DNA of 64,000 nucleotides from positions 64,001 through 128,000 of the forward strand of contig NZ_JAVZIN010000001.1 of the NCBI RefSeq assembly GCF_038871235.1, in the 5' to 3' direction. Numbering within the stretch: the first letter of the stretch is position 1; each line of letters starts with the position of its first letter. Shown here in pieces: positions 48,663 to 57,325 of this stretch. This DNA is from Candidatus Hadarchaeum sp. (GTDB taxonomy: Archaea; Hadarchaeota; Hadarchaeia; Hadarchaeales; Hadarchaeaceae). The notes under the pieces were generated by a model, which saw only the letters and a list, made by a program, of their open reading frames with translations, did no database searches and was not told where the DNA came from. Position numbers and translations under genes: made by a program.

Positions 48663-49868
48663 ATGAAAAAAGCGATGTTGATGCTAACGGTCTCAGCTCT
48701 GGTCGCTCTGGCCATCATAGGGGGCGCGGGGTCGGCCTCGGCAGCTGATGGTTCGCTCAACTTGGGCTGGTCACTGCTCGATAACTACATCAGGCCGGGC
48801 GGAGAAACCACCCTGATAATTTCCATTCAGAACGCCACGACCTCAAAAATTTACCACGTGGAAATCAGCTTTAAAACCGGGGATGAGCTTTCGCTTGACC
48901 CCTCCGATTTTTACCTCTATAGCATTTCTCCGATGACTTCCCAGCTGACCTCGTTCAAGATCAAGGCAGGCGAAAATGCACCGCCCAAGGTCACCTATGT
49001 GGAAATCACGGCAAAATATCACGTCGGCAACGTCAGCGCCGAGGAAAACGAGCTCAAAATCTGGGTACCTGTAGTCATCAGGTCCGCACCGCTGCTGAAG
49101 ATAGAGAAGATCGCGTTCGACAAAGATCCAGTCAGCCCAGGCAGTGTTGTAACCGTTTCCTTTGAGGTGAAGAACTATGGTGATGGTCCAGCCAAGGATC
49201 TCATAGTTTCGCTGGACCAAGCTGCGGGTACTTTTGTCTCTGATCTGAACGAAAAATACGTGGGGGGGGTGCCGGTAAACGGCTCAGCAAAAATCTCCTT
49301 CAGGCTGAACATCAACCAGAACCTGAGCGCGGGAGTCTACTCGATCCCAATACTTTTGAGTTACTTGGATGAGACCAAGACACAGATTTTCACCGGCCGA
49401 GAATTTGCCGGGCTGAGGGTCTACGGCAGCATCAACCTGATAACCACGCTGAACTCACAGGACATGGTGGCGGCCGGTACCAGTGGCTCCATGGAAATAA
49501 AGATCGCCAACGCCGGGACGATGGAGGCTCAGTTCCTGCAGCTGAACTTTATCGGCTCCTCGGTCTTGGAAGATGTTTCGCCCACTAGCATCTATATCGG
49601 GCGCCTGAAATCCGACGACTACGACACCGAAAAAATATCCTTCCGGGTCAGCGGAAACGCGACCAAGGGGGTCTATCCTGTGAAGCTGGAGTTGGTCTAC
49701 CAAGACCCGTTTGGCAAGGAGTTCACCGAGGCCGAAACGGTGTACCTAACGGTGTTGTCTCAGGAGGACCTTAATAAAAATGTTGAAATTCCCCTCTGGC
49801 AGCTGGCCATCATTGGTCTAATTATTGTCATCGTCGTCTACTCTTTCTGGCGTAAGAGGAGAAAATGA
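48663..49868 (+). CDS. COG1361 S-layer-domain protein
   Basis: signal peptide, repeated Ig-like N.G...A motifs, GVY.I.L..Y, C-terminal TM + RKRRK. Confidence 0.8.
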   Translation: MKKAMLMLTVSALVALAIIGGAGSASAADGSLNLGWSLLDNYIRPGGETTLIISIQNATTSKIYHVEISFKTGDELSLDPSDFYLYSISPMTSQLTSFKIKAGENAPPKVTYVEITAKYHVGNVSAEENELKIWVPVVIRSAPLLKIEKIAFDKDPVSPGSVVTVSFEVKNYGDGPAKDLIVSLDQAAGTFVSDLNEKYVGGVPVNGSAKISFRLNINQNLSAGVYSIPILLSYLDETKTQIFTGREFAGLRVYGSINLITTLNSQDMVAAGTSGSMEIKIANAGTMEAQFLQLNFIGSSVLEDVSPTSIYIGRLKSDDYDTEKISFRVSGNATKGVYPVKLELVYQDPFGKEFTEAETVYLTVLSQEDLNKNVEIPLWQLAIIGLIIVIVVYSFWRKRRK

Positions 49869-49871
49869 TGT

Positions 49872-51110
49872 ATGCTGAAGGGTTCCTTTATCCTGATCTT
49901 CAGGAACTTGACGCAGCGGAAGCTGAGGAGTTCCCTGACGACGCTGGGCGTCATCATCGGAATAGCGGCGATTGTCGGCATGGTCTCGGCCACTCAGGGA
50001 ATCAGCAATTCCATCGGTGAACAGCTGGAAAAGCTACAGGGGAACAGAATCCTTATCACCTCGAGTAGCCGGGGTGGACTGTTCTCCCCCGGCACCGCCG
50101 GAGGATTGACGGAAAAGGATGTTGAAATTATTCAGAGGATCAACGGGGTCAGTGTCGCCTACGGCCAGCTTCAGACCTCGGCCCTCGTCATTTACGGGGG
50201 CGAAGGGCAGGGTCTGACCATCGTCGGGCTCTCGCCCAGCGATTTTGAAAGGCTGGACACCCTTGGCGTGGAGGTGGGGCGGTATCTCAAGGACTCCGAT
50301 CGCTACGCCACCGTCATCGGCAATTCCGTGGCCTACGAAAAGTTCCAGAAGGAGGTTGGCCTGAGGAAGAAGCTGGTAATCAAGGACACCGAGTTTCAAG
50401 TCGTCGGCATCATGAACAAGGCTGGCGGCGCCCTGATGACCACCGACTCCACCGTTTATCTCCCCAAAGAGGCGATGAGGGAGGTATTCAACTTGCCCGA
50501 GGACCGTGTGGACTCAATTGTCGTGGGGGTAAAATCAGACGCGAACATCAACGAAGTGGCGGAGAGGATCTCCGAGGCCCTGCGCCGCTCCCACCGAGTC
50601 ACCAAGAACAACGAAGACTTTACCGTGATAACGCCCGACTACGTCAAGAACATCGTGGGGCAGATAACCGGGCTGCTGTCCATCCTGCTGGGCGGCATCG
50701 CCGGCATCTCCCTGATCGTGGGGACCATCGGCATCACCAACATCATGTTTGTCACCGTCTCCGAGAGGACGCGGGAAATTGGCGTGATGAAAGCGCTGGG
50801 ATCGACCAACCGCGATATCCTGATGCTGTTCGTCTTGGAGTCCGGCATCATCAGCCTCATCGGTGGCGTCATCGGTGTGTTTGTAGGGCTAGGGCTTGGG
50901 GAGGGTCTGATATTCCTCTCCCGCATGGCCATCAGCGGCACCACCATTGCCAACGGTGGTTTGAGTTCACTTCGTGCCAGTATAGCCATCATTCCAGAAC
51001 TCATTGCCGGTGCCATTGCCCTTTCCTTCTTCGTGGGTGTTATCGCAGGATTTCTACCGGCCAGAAAGGCGGCCAACCTGAACCCCATCGAGGCCCTCCG
51101 CTACGAGTGA
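49872..51110 (+). CDS. MacB/FtsX-family ABC permease
   Basis: RS.LT.LGVIIGI, GITNIM.VTV.ERTREIG.MKALG, NPIEALRYE. Confidence 0.92.
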   Translation: MLKGSFILIFRNLTQRKLRSSLTTLGVIIGIAAIVGMVSATQGISNSIGEQLEKLQGNRILITSSSRGGLFSPGTAGGLTEKDVEIIQRINGVSVAYGQLQTSALVIYGGEGQGLTIVGLSPSDFERLDTLGVEVGRYLKDSDRYATVIGNSVAYEKFQKEVGLRKKLVIKDTEFQVVGIMNKAGGALMTTDSTVYLPKEAMREVFNLPEDRVDSIVVGVKSDANINEVAERISEALRRSHRVTKNNEDFTVITPDYVKNIVGQITGLLSILLGGIAGISLIVGTIGITNIMFVTVSERTREIGVMKALGSTNRDILMLFVLESGIISLIGGVIGVFVGLGLGEGLIFLSRMAISGTTIANGGLSSLRASIAIIPELIAGAIALSFFVGVIAGFLPARKAANLNPIEALRYE

Positions 51111-51170
51111 ACCTTTATGCCGCTGGCTCAAAGTTATTAGTTAAAAAATCTAACTGAGCGTGGTGCTGGC

Positions 51171-52148
51171 TTGGGGATAAAGATACTGACTCACGGCGAC
51201 ACCGATGGCATTTGCGCCGCCGCACTGGCCCGATACCGGTTTCCCGATGCCGAGATTTGGTTCACCAGACCCATTAGGTTGCTAAGGGATCTGAACACCA
51301 TCGAGCCGGGCACGGCGGTGATGATCTTTGACGTGGCCATCGATGAAGCCAACAAGGATCAGATCTTCCAGCGGATGCGGGAGCTGGCCCAAAAGGATGA
51401 GGTTCTCTACGCGGATCATCACCCCCTCCCACCCGGAACTCTGAAAAGGGATTTCCCGGTGACGCAGTTTGCCCTTGATACTGGGGCAAGTTCTTCCGAG
51501 CTGGCCTTCAAGCTGCTCATTCAGGACCCCAAATCTGACATGGACCGCGTCGCCCTCTGGGGAGCCATCGCCGACTACTGCTGGGACACCGAGTTCGTTC
51601 GGGGAAGGATGGACAAATACGACCGGAGAACCATCTACATGGAGGCGGGCCTGCTCACCCAGGGTCTGGGGGAAGCTGCCGGAGACTATCACTTCAAGAG
51701 GGATATCGTGATCAAGCTCGCCCAAGGAATACCGCCCACGGAGATGCCCGACCTGGTCGATCGAGCCCTGAAAGCTACCAAGAGGGAGTGGGACATCTAC
51801 GAATATGTGAAGAAGCACGTTGTTGTTGAGGACAATATCGCCATCGTCTACGATCTCCCAGTAGGCAGCTTGGGAAAGGCTGCGCTTTACGCCTTGGGCA
51901 TCACCGGAGTTGACGTCGGGATCTGCACCCGGGTAAAGAAGGACGATGTGGATATCAGCATCAGGCGCAGGACCGGGAGCAAGATAGACCTAAACGAGAT
52001 GCTCCGCCACATCACGGCTAGGGTCGGTGGATCTGGCGGTGGGCATGAAGGGGCTGCCGGGGCCACCGTCCCAGTAAACCTGCTGGAGACATTTCTGGAG
52101 ACGATAAAAAGGGAGGTTTCTCCCATCAGTGGTTTGGGAACCGTTTAA
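51171..52148 (+). CDS. DHH/DHHA1 phosphoesterase (RecJ-like)
   Basis: HGDTDG, DHH, GGSGGGH..AAG. Confidence 0.88.
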   Translation: MGIKILTHGDTDGICAAALARYRFPDAEIWFTRPIRLLRDLNTIEPGTAVMIFDVAIDEANKDQIFQRMRELAQKDEVLYADHHPLPPGTLKRDFPVTQFALDTGASSSELAFKLLIQDPKSDMDRVALWGAIADYCWDTEFVRGRMDKYDRRTIYMEAGLLTQGLGEAAGDYHFKRDIVIKLAQGIPPTEMPDLVDRALKATKREWDIYEYVKKHVVVEDNIAIVYDLPVGSLGKAALYALGITGVDVGICTRVKKDDVDISIRRRTGSKIDLNEMLRHITARVGGSGGGHEGAAGATVPVNLLETFLETIKREVSPISGLGTV

Positions 52149-52155
52149 ACTCGCT

Positions 52156-53151
52156 TCAAAAAAGTTCGACCCACTTTCCCTTGCCCAGTTTTTTTGCCTT
52201 CTGATAAACGAACCAGTCGGTGGCGATGTCCTGTATGGCGAGGCCGGTGGAATCGAACACGGTAATTTCATCGCGGGAAGTTCGACCTGGTTTTTTCTTG
52301 GTCACTATTTCACCGAGGTCTGCATAGATATCGGACCTCGAGATCAAGCCTTTCGCCAGCGGGACGTTAACCTCTCCCCCATGAATCGCCTGCTCCACAT
52401 CGTCGACGACCACCTTGGCGTGCAGGAGGATGGCCGGATCGAGCTCCTGTTTTCCCGGGGCATCGGCACCGATGGCGTTAATATGCGTACCGCTCCTGAC
52501 ATACTCGTTCATCAGGATGGGCTTCGTCGAGGGGGTGGTGGTTACTATAATGTCGGCTACCTCAACGGTTTCCTTCACCCTCCGAAAGACCTTCGTCTCC
52601 ACCCCCAGCTCCTCGCGCATCTCAGCGGCAAAGCGCGAGGCATTTTTGGCATCGATATCGTTGACCCTGACCTCCTCTATCTTCAGCACCTCGTTCAGCC
52701 CCAGCAGCTGGGTCCTCGCCTGAACTCCGGCGCCGAGCATCGCAACGACCTTGGAATCTCGCCGAGCCAAATACTTTGCCGCGACCGCCCCGCCGGCTCC
52801 GGTTCTCAGGTTGGTTATCAGTGTTCCATCCATGATGGTGAGGGGGGCGCCCGTCTTGGGGTCAAGCAGTAGTATCGTGGCCATGACTGTGGGCAACCGG
52901 TATTTTTTTGGATTTCTGGGGTGAACGTTAACGATCTTGACACCTGCGGCGCCCATGTCCTCCAAGTAAGCGGGCATGACCCTGAAGTCGCCCCCGTACT
53001 TTTCAAAATTCACGTAGGACTTGGGCGGCATCTGGACCTTGCCCAGCCCCTTTGCCATGAAGGCCTTCTCGACCGCGTCTATAACTTCGCGCATCGAGAT
53101 TAACCCCTCGATCTCCTTCTTTGACAAAAGCAGGATTTTCATCTTTGGCAC
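52156..53151 (-). CDS. ala: alanine dehydrogenase (ornithine cyclodeaminase/mu-crystallin family)
   Basis: MPPKSY, GDFRVMPAY, KIVNVH, RTGA, DSTGLAIQD. Confidence 0.88.
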   Translation of the reverse strand: MPKMKILLLSKKEIEGLISMREVIDAVEKAFMAKGLGKVQMPPKSYVNFEKYGGDFRVMPAYLEDMGAAGVKIVNVHPRNPKKYRLPTVMATILLLDPKTGAPLTIMDGTLITNLRTGAGGAVAAKYLARRDSKVVAMLGAGVQARTQLLGLNEVLKIEEVRVNDIDAKNASRFAAEMREELGVETKVFRRVKETVEVADIIVTTTPSTKPILMNEYVRSGTHINAIGADAPGKQELDPAILLHAKVVVDDVEQAIHGGEVNVPLAKGLISRSDIYADLGEIVTKKKPGRTSRDEITVFDSTGLAIQDIATDWFVYQKAKKLGKGKWVELF

Positions 53152-53226
53152 CGATTACTGCTACCGGGACTAGGTTTTAACCGTTGCGCCTTAGCGCCCT
53201 ATGGTAAGCGATCAAGGTTAGGAAAA

Positions 53227-53378
53227 TGGCGCCGGGGAGAGGACTCGAACCTCTGACCGCTCGGTTGCTGTGCCCAGACGTGTCGTCTTTTTTTATTGAG
53301 GTTCGTTCTTCATTCACATCCGGTTTAACAGCCGAGCACTCTACCTACTGAGCTGTCGGGCCGCAACGGAACCCCGGC
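53227..53378 (-). tRNA. tRNA-Asn(GTT) with introns at 8/9 (16 nt) and 37/38 (60 nt)
   Basis: GCCGGGG-T[53355-53370]AGCTCAG...CTCGG-CT-GTT-A[53266-53325]A-CCGAG...GGTTCGAGTCCTCT-CCCCGGC-G-CCA. Confidence 0.88.
53355..53370 (-). other. tRNA-Asn intron 8/9 (TCCGTTGCGGCCCGAC)
   Basis: strict BHB: GC/GC, CGGG/CCCG, bulges GT^T and AC^A, inner CCG/CGG. Confidence 0.85.
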
Positions 53379-53410
53379 ATTTCCCCGGCACTTCTTACTT
53401 TTCCACCGAA

Positions 53411-53424
53411 TTCATAAGCTTTTG
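53411..53424 (-). promoter_or_regulatory. putative BRE/TATA promoter of tRNA-Asn
   Basis: CAAAAG-CTTATGAA; spacing puts the TSS near 53388-53391. Confidence 0.5.
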
Positions 53425-53626
53425 CCCAGTTTATCCCTTGCCCCCTCAGGAGCAAACTGCCTCTGCTCAGCTTTACCTATTCAGCAGTCGACAATGGTTG
53501 CTCATGCTCCTCTCTTCGTCCAAGCGGGTTCCAAGCATTGAGTCAAAAATCGTACTGGGGAGTACGACACGGCTTTGTCTTTAAACCCATCAATCAGTAC
53601 CGGGGAATACGAATTCTCAAAGACCG

Positions 53627-53900
53627 TTAGATCTGTGCGAGCACCTGAGCAGGCGAGCTAGAACCGAAATCGTCCAGCTGCTGATCGATAGAGTCGGGCC
53701 AATCGCGGGTCTGGCTAGGAGGGTAGGTGTCACTGAGGGTGCCGTTAGAAAGTGGCTGATCTCGACCCATCCATCCAATTTTACCCTGTTTTCATTGCTG
53801 ATACTGGCCGCTTAAATTGAAAGAGAACGAGCTCTCGAGATACCGGAGCAGGATTTCCACAACTACTGAAAGGACCTCACCAATTTTATCAACCAAATTC
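53627..53900 (+). pseudogene. degraded Cro/XRE-like HTH gene
   Basis: LARRVGVTEGAVRKWLISTHPSN reading frame with no start and in-frame TAA and TGA. Confidence 0.55.
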
Positions 53901-53953
53901 ATCTCCCACATAAACCAAGGCAGGGCCCCTACCGAACCGAAGGGTCTGGAATC

Positions 53954-54730
53954 TCATCGCCTCAAGGTGCCGGTTTCCGCCAGACGACGCAGCCCATCCT
54001 GCATTAATCGATAGGTTGCCCTCAAGCTAGAGTCATTGTCAAAATCGCCAATCGCCTTTTCAGCGCTCCTTCGGGACAGTTTGGAGAGACGCCTGGCCTC
54101 TGCGACCAAAAGCGGCATTGCCCTGACGATGTTGTCCACAATGGTGATGTCCGCCGCCCGAGCCGTTCTTGACATGGGATTCAGGTCAATCGCAATCACG
54201 CGCTTACCGAGCCTCTTCAGGGCCTCCGTTCGGTCGCCGTCCTCCAGAGGAACCAGCACCACATCCGCGGCGGCTATTCCTCGCCTGTCAACCTTCCTCC
54301 GCTGGCTGTGTACTTCCCGGATCCTCGTGTAAAACCTAGGGTCGACTCCAAGAACCTCGCTGGCACCGTGTTGGCGTAGCCAGCGGGCGATGGCTCTCTC
54401 CCTCCCTCGTGAACCATGAAACAAGTTGACCTCAAGCTTCGCCCCAGTTACCCTCGAGAGCTCGACCAATTCCTCAGGGACAAGGGCCGCGGCATTTCCG
54501 TTGACAGAGATCACCGGCCGCTCAGCCAAGAGCAGCGCTGCGGCCGCGGCCTTTATCGCTCTTCTGGCCTCACGCGTGGTCCTTTCACTCAGCAGATAAT
54601 CAAAGGCCTCCCCCCTTCCGTGCGCCGCCAGCCCTTCCTCGACGACCAGCCCCATCTTAAACCCATCCACGAGTTTTTTCCTTACCCTCAAGGACTCCGC
54701 CCGCGGATGCAGGGAAGAAATTTCATCCAT
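53954..54730 (-). CDS. pps: phosphopantothenate synthetase (4-phosphopantoate--beta-alanine ligase)
   Basis: HPRAESL, AHGRGEAFDY, SVNGN, PLEDGDR, IDLNPMSRT, DNIVRA. Confidence 0.93.
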   Translation of the reverse strand: MDEISSLHPRAESLRVRKKLVDGFKMGLVVEEGLAAHGRGEAFDYLLSERTTREARRAIKAAAAALLLAERPVISVNGNAAALVPEELVELSRVTGAKLEVNLFHGSRGRERAIARWLRQHGASEVLGVDPRFYTRIREVHSQRRKVDRRGIAAADVVLVPLEDGDRTEALKRLGKRVIAIDLNPMSRTARAADITIVDNIVRAMPLLVAEARRLSKLSRRSAEKAIGDFDNDSSLRATYRLMQDGLRRLAETGTLRR

Positions 54731-54783
54731 GGCTCTTCCTCCGGAGTCAAATTTACTTCCTGCTGATATCACCAAAAAGCTTT

Positions 54784-55641
54784 TTGAACAGGGAGAGAAG
54801 GTCTAAAGCGGTGAAGTTTAACATGCGGCTATATCCCCTCGCGATAATCCCATTGGTCTTGTCTCTGGGCGCGATAGTGGTCTCGGGCATAAATCCCGGG
54901 CCGCAGTCCTATCTTACCCTCGGCGTTGCCGGCGCCACTTTCTTGGTCTCCGCGGCGATATTATTCGCTTATTCTAGAAAATCCACTGAGGCCAAGCAGA
55001 TCCCGCTGGAAAATTTCTCCGTCTGGGCTGACGTCGGCGAACCAGCTTCAGAGCTGAGAAGGCTGAGCCGGGGAGAGACCTTTGCCGCTGCCCAGATAGC
55101 TGCCACTGACCTAGATTCCCTCGCCGCAAACGCTGAACTGCTCCAAGCACGAACTTACATGCTCGTAGGCAAGGTCGGTTTTGAATCCGTCACCGAGGAG
55201 AAGATGCACAGGCGGGTGGAAGCGCTAGTGAACGACATCAACCATATCTCAAAATCCATCAGCACCTCTAAGGAATTAACTAAGGAAGTCATCCCTCAAA
55301 TAGAACAGTGCGCCGCCCAAGCCGAACGAATCGCCAATAAATTTTTTGAGCTTGAGGAAGGAAAACCAGAGACCATCTACATATACCTGGAGCCGCTGAG
55401 GAGAGCGGCTGAAAAGCTCTCCCGCGACCTGAGGCTGGCGGCAACCAACATCTCCAAATATCTGCTGTGGGAAGAAAAAGCGCCCGGCCAGGTAGAGACG
55501 CCCGCCCCGCTGGCTGCCTCCGGTGTTGAAGCCCCTCCTCAGCCCCCGCCAGCACCGACTGAACCTGAGTCGAAGACCTCGACCACTGAGATGCTCCCAC
55601 AACCTGAACTACCCTCTGAACAACCGACCGAGAATAAATAA
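54784..55641 (+). CDS. hypothetical 2TM membrane protein with helical domain and Pro/Glu-rich tail
   Basis: long ORF, two N-terminal hydrophobic helices. Confidence 0.65.
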   Translation: MNRERRSKAVKFNMRLYPLAIIPLVLSLGAIVVSGINPGPQSYLTLGVAGATFLVSAAILFAYSRKSTEAKQIPLENFSVWADVGEPASELRRLSRGETFAAAQIAATDLDSLAANAELLQARTYMLVGKVGFESVTEEKMHRRVEALVNDINHISKSISTSKELTKEVIPQIEQCAAQAERIANKFFELEEGKPETIYIYLEPLRRAAEKLSRDLRLAATNISKYLLWEEKAPGQVETPAPLAASGVEAPPQPPPAPTEPESKTSTTEMLPQPELPSEQPTENK

Positions 55642-55653
55642 AAGGGTCTGAAC

Positions 55654-56907
55654 GTGAAGCCGCATTTGAACCTGGTCTTTATCGGCCACGTTGACCACGG
55701 CAAATCAACCCTCATCGGGAGACTGCTGGTAGAGATGGGAGTCGTCAAGGAGAAGGAGCTTCTGGATGAAGCCGGAAGCTTCAAGTTCGCCTGGGTGATG
55801 GACAGGGAAAAGGAGGAAAGGGCGCGGGGGGTGACCATTGATATCGCCTACCAGAAGATCGAGACCCAGAAGAATGTCATTACCATAATCGACGCCCCGG
55901 GCCACCGCGACTTCGTCAAAAACATGATCACGGGCGCGAGCCAGGCCGACGCGGCAGTGCTGGTTGTGGCCGCTGATGATGGGATTATGCCGCAGACCCG
56001 TGAGCACGCGGCACTGGCCTTTACCCTTGGTGTTGGCCAGATCATCGTCGCCATCAACAAGATGGACCTAGTGGGTTTTCGCCAGGAAGTTTATGAAGAG
56101 ATAAAAAACAGCATGATCACCCTGCTCAGCAGCATCGGTTACCGAAATGCCTCAGAGTTGCCTTTTATCCCACTGGCGGCTTTCTTCGGCGAGGGCGTCA
56201 CTAAACCCAGCCCAAAGATGCCCTGGTACAATGGACCCACCCTACTCGGAGCTCTGGAGAGGTTAAAGGAACCCGAGAAGCCGATAAACAAGCCCCTGAG
56301 GATCCCGATTCAAGATGTTTTCTCAATTACTGGAGTTGGCACGGTACCGATAGGTCGCGTGGAAACCGGCGTCCTGAAAATTAAGGACATCGTCGTCTTT
56401 GAGCCTTCGGGCAGTAGCGGTGAGGTCCGCAGCATCGAGATGCACCACGAACAGATTCAGCAGGCGGTTCCGGGCGATAACATCGGCTTTAGCGTCAGAG
56501 GGGTCTCCAAGGATGAGGTGAGGCGGGGAGACGTCGCCGGCCATCTGACAAACCCGCCCACCGTCACCAATGAGTTCACAGGAAAAGTGGTCATCCTCGC
56601 CGTCCCTACTGAAATCTCGCCGGGATTCACGCCGCTCTTCCACTGCCACGCGGCTCATGTCCCGGGAACCATAATCGAGATCCTGCAAAAAATAGATCCC
56701 AAGACCGGGGCGGTTGTCGAGGAACATCCGAAATCGCTGAGGAAGGGCGACGCGGGCGTCATCAGGGTCAGGCTGGCCAAGCCGATGGTGATCGAGCGAT
56801 CCAGCGAACTCCCGGAGCTAAGCCGGTTCGCCATCAGGCACGCCGGACAGACCATTGCCGCCGGCATGTGCATTGACCTCGTTGAAATTAAGAGGGCCGC
56901 GAGATAA
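55654..56907 (+). CDS. tuf: elongation factor 1-alpha (divergent)
   Basis: GHVDHGKST, RGVTID, DAPGHRDF, NKMD, GVGTVPIGRVETG, PGDNIGF. Confidence 0.88.
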   Translation: MKPHLNLVFIGHVDHGKSTLIGRLLVEMGVVKEKELLDEAGSFKFAWVMDREKEERARGVTIDIAYQKIETQKNVITIIDAPGHRDFVKNMITGASQADAAVLVVAADDGIMPQTREHAALAFTLGVGQIIVAINKMDLVGFRQEVYEEIKNSMITLLSSIGYRNASELPFIPLAAFFGEGVTKPSPKMPWYNGPTLLGALERLKEPEKPINKPLRIPIQDVFSITGVGTVPIGRVETGVLKIKDIVVFEPSGSSGEVRSIEMHHEQIQQAVPGDNIGFSVRGVSKDEVRRGDVAGHLTNPPTVTNEFTGKVVILAVPTEISPGFTPLFHCHAAHVPGTIIEILQKIDPKTGAVVEEHPKSLRKGDAGVIRVRLAKPMVIERSSELPELSRFAIRHAGQTIAAGMCIDLVEIKRAAR

Positions 56908-56942
56908 CTCGATCACGAGTTACTCAGCTGCTTCGCCCTGAT

Positions 56943-57251
56943 TCATCTCATCTTTTCCCTTACCGCTTCCACCTTCGACTCCATGGTCATCCTTTTGTCG
57001 CGACGCTCATCTAGGTTTATCTTGGTCACGATTCGAGAAACGCCCATCTTGAAAACCGCCTCCTGCATCTCCAGAGCCAGCCGTAACAGCTCCTCAGTTT
57101 CTCCTTCCACGATGGTTCCCATGGCCGTGACCTGATACTTCGCCCCCTTGCTTTCCAGAACCCCCACCGCCGCAGCCACATAATTGCTGACCGAAGCACT
57201 CCCCGTGCCCACAGGGACGATGCTAATCTCCATTAGTGCCATAACTGCCAC
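56943..57251 (-). CDS. MTH1187/YkoF thiamine-binding family protein
   Basis: ISIVPVGT...SVS.YVA, TAMGTIVEG, DERRDK. Confidence 0.9.
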   Translation of the reverse strand: MAVMALMEISIVPVGTGSASVSNYVAAAVGVLESKGAKYQVTAMGTIVEGETEELLRLALEMQEAVFKMGVSRIVTKINLDERRDKRMTMESKVEAVREKMR

Positions 57252-57325
57252 CCAACCAAGCTTGCTCAGAGAAGTAAATAAAACCGTTGCCTCGCCACCA
57301 GCAACGAGGGAATGCAGCCGGGGAA

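Noticed and set aside
53379-53389. Upstream GCCGGGG as the true tRNA-Asn 5' end with a longer intron
   Set aside because: It would give A8 instead of the conserved U8 and lose the clean inner helix; the second copy fits a strict BHB.
53813-53870. Stop-codon recoding (Sec/Pyl) in the HTH frame
   Set aside because: The stops are TAA and TGA, there is no start codon and no SECIS-like context; ordinary decay is simpler.
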